A stretch of 63,845 nucleotides of DNA, filler included, from Licmophora abbreviata (lineage: Eukaryota), in the NCBI GenBank assembly GCA_900291995.1. It is 10 parts of 10 records of this genome, joined end to end, with 100 filler letters (N's around TTAATTAATTAA, not from the genome) between each part and the next. Parts side by side here need not be neighbours in the genome. Positions count along the whole stretch, not along the records: positions 59,468 to 63,845 come from OLMU01002634.1; 9 more parts are not named here. The stretch is one strand, 5' to 3'. The notes beneath the pieces were generated by a model, which did not search any database, was not told the origin of the DNA, and saw nothing but the letters and a program-made list of their open reading frames with translations. The translations under genes were made by a program, and so were the position numbers. The first letter of the stretch is position 1, and each line of letters opens with the position of its first letter. Positions 59,538-63,845 of the stretch are shown one piece after another.

Positions 59538-60729
59538 ATGAAGATCCAAACGACCGTGGCACTCCTTTTGGCAGCCCTGAATGGCTCGCACGCTCTCACC
59601 GTCTACAGCCCGAAGCAAGTCCTGCGCAACGTTCACTTCGGTCTCAGCTCGACAGATGGCAGGGAGATCCAGACTTCTGAGACCAGTACTTGTACACCCA
59701 ACGGCCCAGCACCCGTACGAATTGGACGTCTAGCGATCTCTGCAGCTCTGTCGTTGGCAATCTTCATGAATCCTTCCCCTTCAGTTGCAGACGGTAAGTC
59801 CATATTCAATGTGTCAATATGCCGTCTCATTAAGCGTCTTGAAAACCTTAACGCCTCATGTCGCCCCGCACTATCATATGAATCAAATCGCCGTAGGCCA
59901 GACGAAAGACTTCAAGCTGCCACCGATTGACTTCTCCGACAAAAACCGGTGCGTGCTCAACAGCAGTAAGATGGGACAAGCCAATGCTGCGCGCGACAAG
60001 CTCTATGATCTGCGCCAGTGCGACCTTGCCAAAGCGGATGCCTCTGGTACGACAGCTGGGAATTGACTTTCAATCGTACACGATTCTGTTGCGAACGTGC
60101 AACCTGACGTATCTCATCTCGTTGTTATCTCGTTGTTTATTGCGGATGTTCTCCACGAATCATCTCATACAGGCTTTGACTTGTCAGGAGTGATAATGAC
60201 GAAGACGAACCTCTCAGGTGCCAAGCTTATCGAGTCTTACTTTAGCAAAGCATATCTTCATGGTAAGCAGGCAGGTTTGAATAGAGGAATATCAAGAAAA
60301 CTTCAGCCACCAACAACTGAATGTTTTGTATCGGCTCACACTCGTTCTCGTCTCGTAGATTCCGATTTCTCTGGTGCCGATTTCACAAACGGGATTATAG
60401 ACCGAGCTTCATTTCGGAACTCCGATCTCAAGGGTGCCATCTTCCAGAATGCCGTCCTTACGGGAACGAGCTTTGAGGGAGCGAATGTGGAGGATGCTGA
60501 CTTTACAGAAGCATACATTGGCGACTTTGATATTCGAAGCCTTTGCAAGAACCCGACTCTCAAAGGTAAGACGAGACACGGCTCTCCGACGATGGGCTTT
60601 GTACATCCTTCTCTACGTTTTCAATCTGACGTGGTTCATTGCATTCCTTGTTCATGGTATCTGTGTGTGATAGGAGAGAATCCTGTGACTGGCGCGGATA
60701 CTCGTGCTAGCGTGGGTGGATGTAGGTAG
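59538..60729 (+). CDS. Thylakoid-lumen pentapeptide-repeat protein (TL17-like), multi-exon
   Basis: Signal, transit and SVA-D lumen signal; KLPPID..NRC..GQANAARDKLYDLRQCDL; pentapeptide repeats; LCKNPTLKG..NPVTGADTRAS.GC. Confidence 0.85.
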
Positions 60730-61068
60730 AGAGGTAGAATGAATTGCTAGACAACGTAGGTCGGTATCAATTGAGGCACGGTAACTCGGAGAGGTGCTTT
60801 ACTTCGCAAAATTACTGTATCATACTTATAAGAGCGACGTCGCACAAGAGAAGCAAGAAGTTATTTTAAGATCATAGCGCCTTGCGTCTCCTCCAAAGCC
60901 GATATGACGAGCTGACAGGGTTAGCGGATGGCAGACAGGCCTTCTCGTTTCAACTTGGCGTCAGTCGTCGTCTCGTCGTCGTCACACATCAATTTTGCTG
61001 ATGGTGCCGATCGGTCGATGCAGTTGCTAGTCTTTTCACCTTTGCCGGTACGCTCCATTCCCTTGACT

Positions 61069-61752
61069 ATGAAGATCGTCGTGGGAGTCTTTTTCGCCCT
61101 GTTGCAGGGATCGCTTGGTTTCGTGACGCCGAATAAAGGAAGGGCGAAGACGGGCTTGAAAGCCAAGTCGTACAATCAACAAAGTCCTGGCAGACGCTCT
61201 GTGCTGGAGGCTGCTCTGCTGACTACAGCTTCGACTTTTCTCGTCTCAGCCCCTGTATTTGCAGATGTCTCCGATGGCAACACACTCCCACAGGGGGCCG
61301 CGCAGTTTCAGCGAGTGCTCAAAGTGAGGAACGATCTTGTGGTACGTGCCGTTGTACACTGTCAGTGCGTTTCGCTTGGACGTTCGCTCACCCTCTCACG
61401 TTCTTCTATCCGTATGCCACCCGAATCGAATCCTCGTCGTTAGACAATTTCCAAGCGCGTCACAGAGAATGCTAAAGATATCGACAAGAAGGAGTGGGAC
61501 AACATTGGGCAGTTCCTTCGCAGACTCTATGCCGCTGGGGATGACATGAGGGCAGTCAGCAGCGGGATTTTCGATCCCACAAAGAAGTCAAAGGCGGAGG
61601 AGGATATCAAGCTACTACAAAAGTATGCGAAAGCTGGCGAAGGCCCAGTAAACAAACAGGATGGAGATGCCTTTATTGCAGTCATGGACAAGAGCAGCGA
61701 GCTTATCAGCGACTTTCTTGAGCAGCTGCGGGACGTGCCGGACGAGATCTAA
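61069..61752 (+). CDS. Thylakoid-lumen PsbQ-like helical-bundle protein
   Basis: SLG-FVTP plastid motif; twin-Arg RRSVL..APVFA-D lumen signal; helical mature part (KKEWDNIGQFLRRLY); intron ~61342-61444. Confidence 0.62.
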
Positions 61753-61929
61753 AGACCGCACTGCTCTGCGATTGACGGCAAAATACGCGAGCTAGCTTTA
61801 CACCGCAGTAATTATTCTATGCGTCCTTCTCAGTCGATCTAGCACCCGTAGCGCCCAAGATTACTTTTGCTGTCGGTAGCTTTATGGCATGACCAAGCCA
61901 TGTCAACATTCAGAGCGACTCACATGTTG

Positions 61930-63546
61930 TCATTGAACAGCGTTTGTCCCGTTTCCTACATTCAAAACTTGAACTGGCTCATCGTTGGACCGCTCTCGCA
62001 ACAGGAGGCGATACCGACTCAGCGTATCATCAATATTTGTGTAGCATCCCACCAAATGGCGTCCAACCGTACCGGCGGCTCCTGGAATGAGCGAAAAGGA
62101 GCGGCGCGCATGTAGCATGCGCCGGTTGTTGAAGACTAACATTTCGCCCGGTTTCAGTTTACGTTGCCATGTATATTCGTTTGCATAATTGGCAAGTGCA
62201 TGAGATAGTTCCGCGTCCTCGTTTCCTATTTTGATCGATGCGGTATTGTCCAGAATTAATTCAAAGGCCGCGTAGGCATCGTAGTATCGTTCGATCATTT
62301 GCACAGGCAGACAGAGTGGACCTTCAAACGGAGGGCTCCAGTTGACCATGACAATCTCCCCGCTTGCATCCGTCACAATATGCGGTCGCCGACATACCAT
62401 GTCGGCTTCCTCTCGTTGCTTGACAAACGTGGCGGGACACTCTTTTAAGGTCGCAAAGTGTTTCGGTGCGATTCGTCGCAACTCGTGGGCTGCCGCCAAA
62501 GCATCAATAAGTACGCTTTCGCCTCCCTCGATGCCATTGTTGTTCACGCAATGCAATAGTTGGAGTCCTGGAGGGGACTCGTAGTACGCGAGATCTTGGT
62601 GTGGTCGCAAGGCAACTGATGTATAGGCAATGTTGTTTGCGTTGGGTACCGATTTTACATGAAAGACATCTCCATACAAAGCACCATGGGACAGCCACCC
62701 GCCTAGGCGCTTTCCAAGAGTACTGACAGGAAGTGCACTACCTGAGGAGAGGAGAGGGGCGCCTTGCACCAACGCGGCTCCGCGCTGCACAATAGCCTAT
62801 ACGAGCGTGGCCACCACAGGAAGAATGTTGTGTGAGCACGATGATCCACCGCAGTGTACAGAGTAAATCACGGACCGACTTACATGCAGCAACTCAAAAA
62901 TAGCATCATCTCCCTGCAAAAGTAGAGATGAGTATTGTATCGTCGGTATACCGACCTCGGTTTCACGGACACGTCGAATGGCATGTCGTTTCGTAACTTG
63001 CGACCGATGTTTCTTGTCCACCAAGGCCTCGTGGTCGTATCGCCAGTGTCGCAGCCAGTTCAAGTCATAATATGATACTTGATGGGAGTCCCACGTAACA
63101 GAAAGGAAATTGACGTCATAATTCTGCGTGCCCCCCTGCTGCTCGATTTGGGTCTCGTCAAGTGAAAGTCCACCCGCAATCGGATGACACCAAGAGGGTG
63201 GTGGTGGTGGAATCGGCAGTACACTGCGGTCAGCGGAGTGAATGTCTTGCATCGACGATATGATGGAGGCAGAGATAATCTTGGTTCCACGATATTGCCC
63301 AGGGGATCTTAATTTTTGTCGCGAGGACGGATGGACATAGGTGGGATCGTTGCACCAGAGCCAAGGAGCGTGGTACACAGAATGCGTATCGGGGTCGAAT
63401 GATAGGGACAACGCAGAGCCGTCTTTGATGACATCTACGAGTACTGGTGGGTCTATCGCTACTGACAGTGATGTATCGTGTTGACAGAGCCTGTCGTCAT
63501 CGTCTTGCAGTGCGGTGGAGAAGAAACGACAGATGAAAGGGGGCAT
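61930..63546 (-). CDS. Gamma-butyrobetaine/trimethyllysine dioxygenase-like (TauD superfamily)
   Basis: SVYHAPWLWCN N-domain, YYDLNWLR, NIAYT..LRPHQDL.YYESPPGLQLLHC, GGES.L.D, FNNRRMLHARRSF; intron 62797-62883. Confidence 0.87.
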
Positions 63547-63845
63547 GAAAGTGCGGTAGGTCTACTGTGAGTGATGACATGCGTAGAGCGCCCGGTGCCG
63601 GTACGGGGCAGACATCGCTAGGGAGCGACCGCCGATGCCATCCCCGTCTCGTGTCAGCGTAGTAGCTCGATCGAAATTTCTCTTTTTCCCGTTTCTTCCG
63701 CACTGCCTGGTTGCACGTGATCAAGCGCGTCTCCAGCACTGTCAGTGGCGATGATCGTCGCTGAAGAGATGCGCCAACAAGCCGCATAGTCGCGAACCTC
63801 GTTGAGTTGAGGGAGTTCACAGATCACTGATGATTTGATGTTTTC

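Overview
Gene-dense eukaryotic nuclear DNA, most consistent with a diatom or related photosynthetic stramenopile. The evidence is short GT-AG introns, bipartite plastid presequences with A-F cleavage motifs, and diatom-type LRR and secreted 2OG-oxygenase/ankyrin families. About 31 protein genes are supported: RPS19, RPL32, TRM13, purF, a ThiD-ThiE fusion, MGDG synthase, seipin, Nudix/DIPP, IQM-like, NADP-GDH, PI4-kinase, L-galactose dehydrogenase-like AKR, HSP70, CRAL-TRIO, WDR89-like, a Ski2/DDX60-like helicase, TL17, PsbQ-like, a BBOX/TMLH-like dioxygenase and several orphans. The window is a draft scaffold. It has nine artificial 100-bp N/TTAATTAATTAA linkers and three single-base frameshifts that look like sequencing errors. 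No CRISPR array, rRNA or intact mobile element was seen. The most interesting items are: a plastid-targeted 2OG-Fe(II) oxygenase-methyltransferase fusion; a head-to-head paralog pair of 6-Cys membrane proteins, possibly MD-2/ML-like, next to an LRR receptor-like gene; two apparent pseudoenzymes (DJ-1 without its catalytic Cys, GH5 without its catalytic Glu residues); a signal-peptide HSP70 ending in EEVD; and an isolated tRNA-like 3' half. All family calls come from motif recognition by eye, not from database searches. Exon boundaries are manual estimates.
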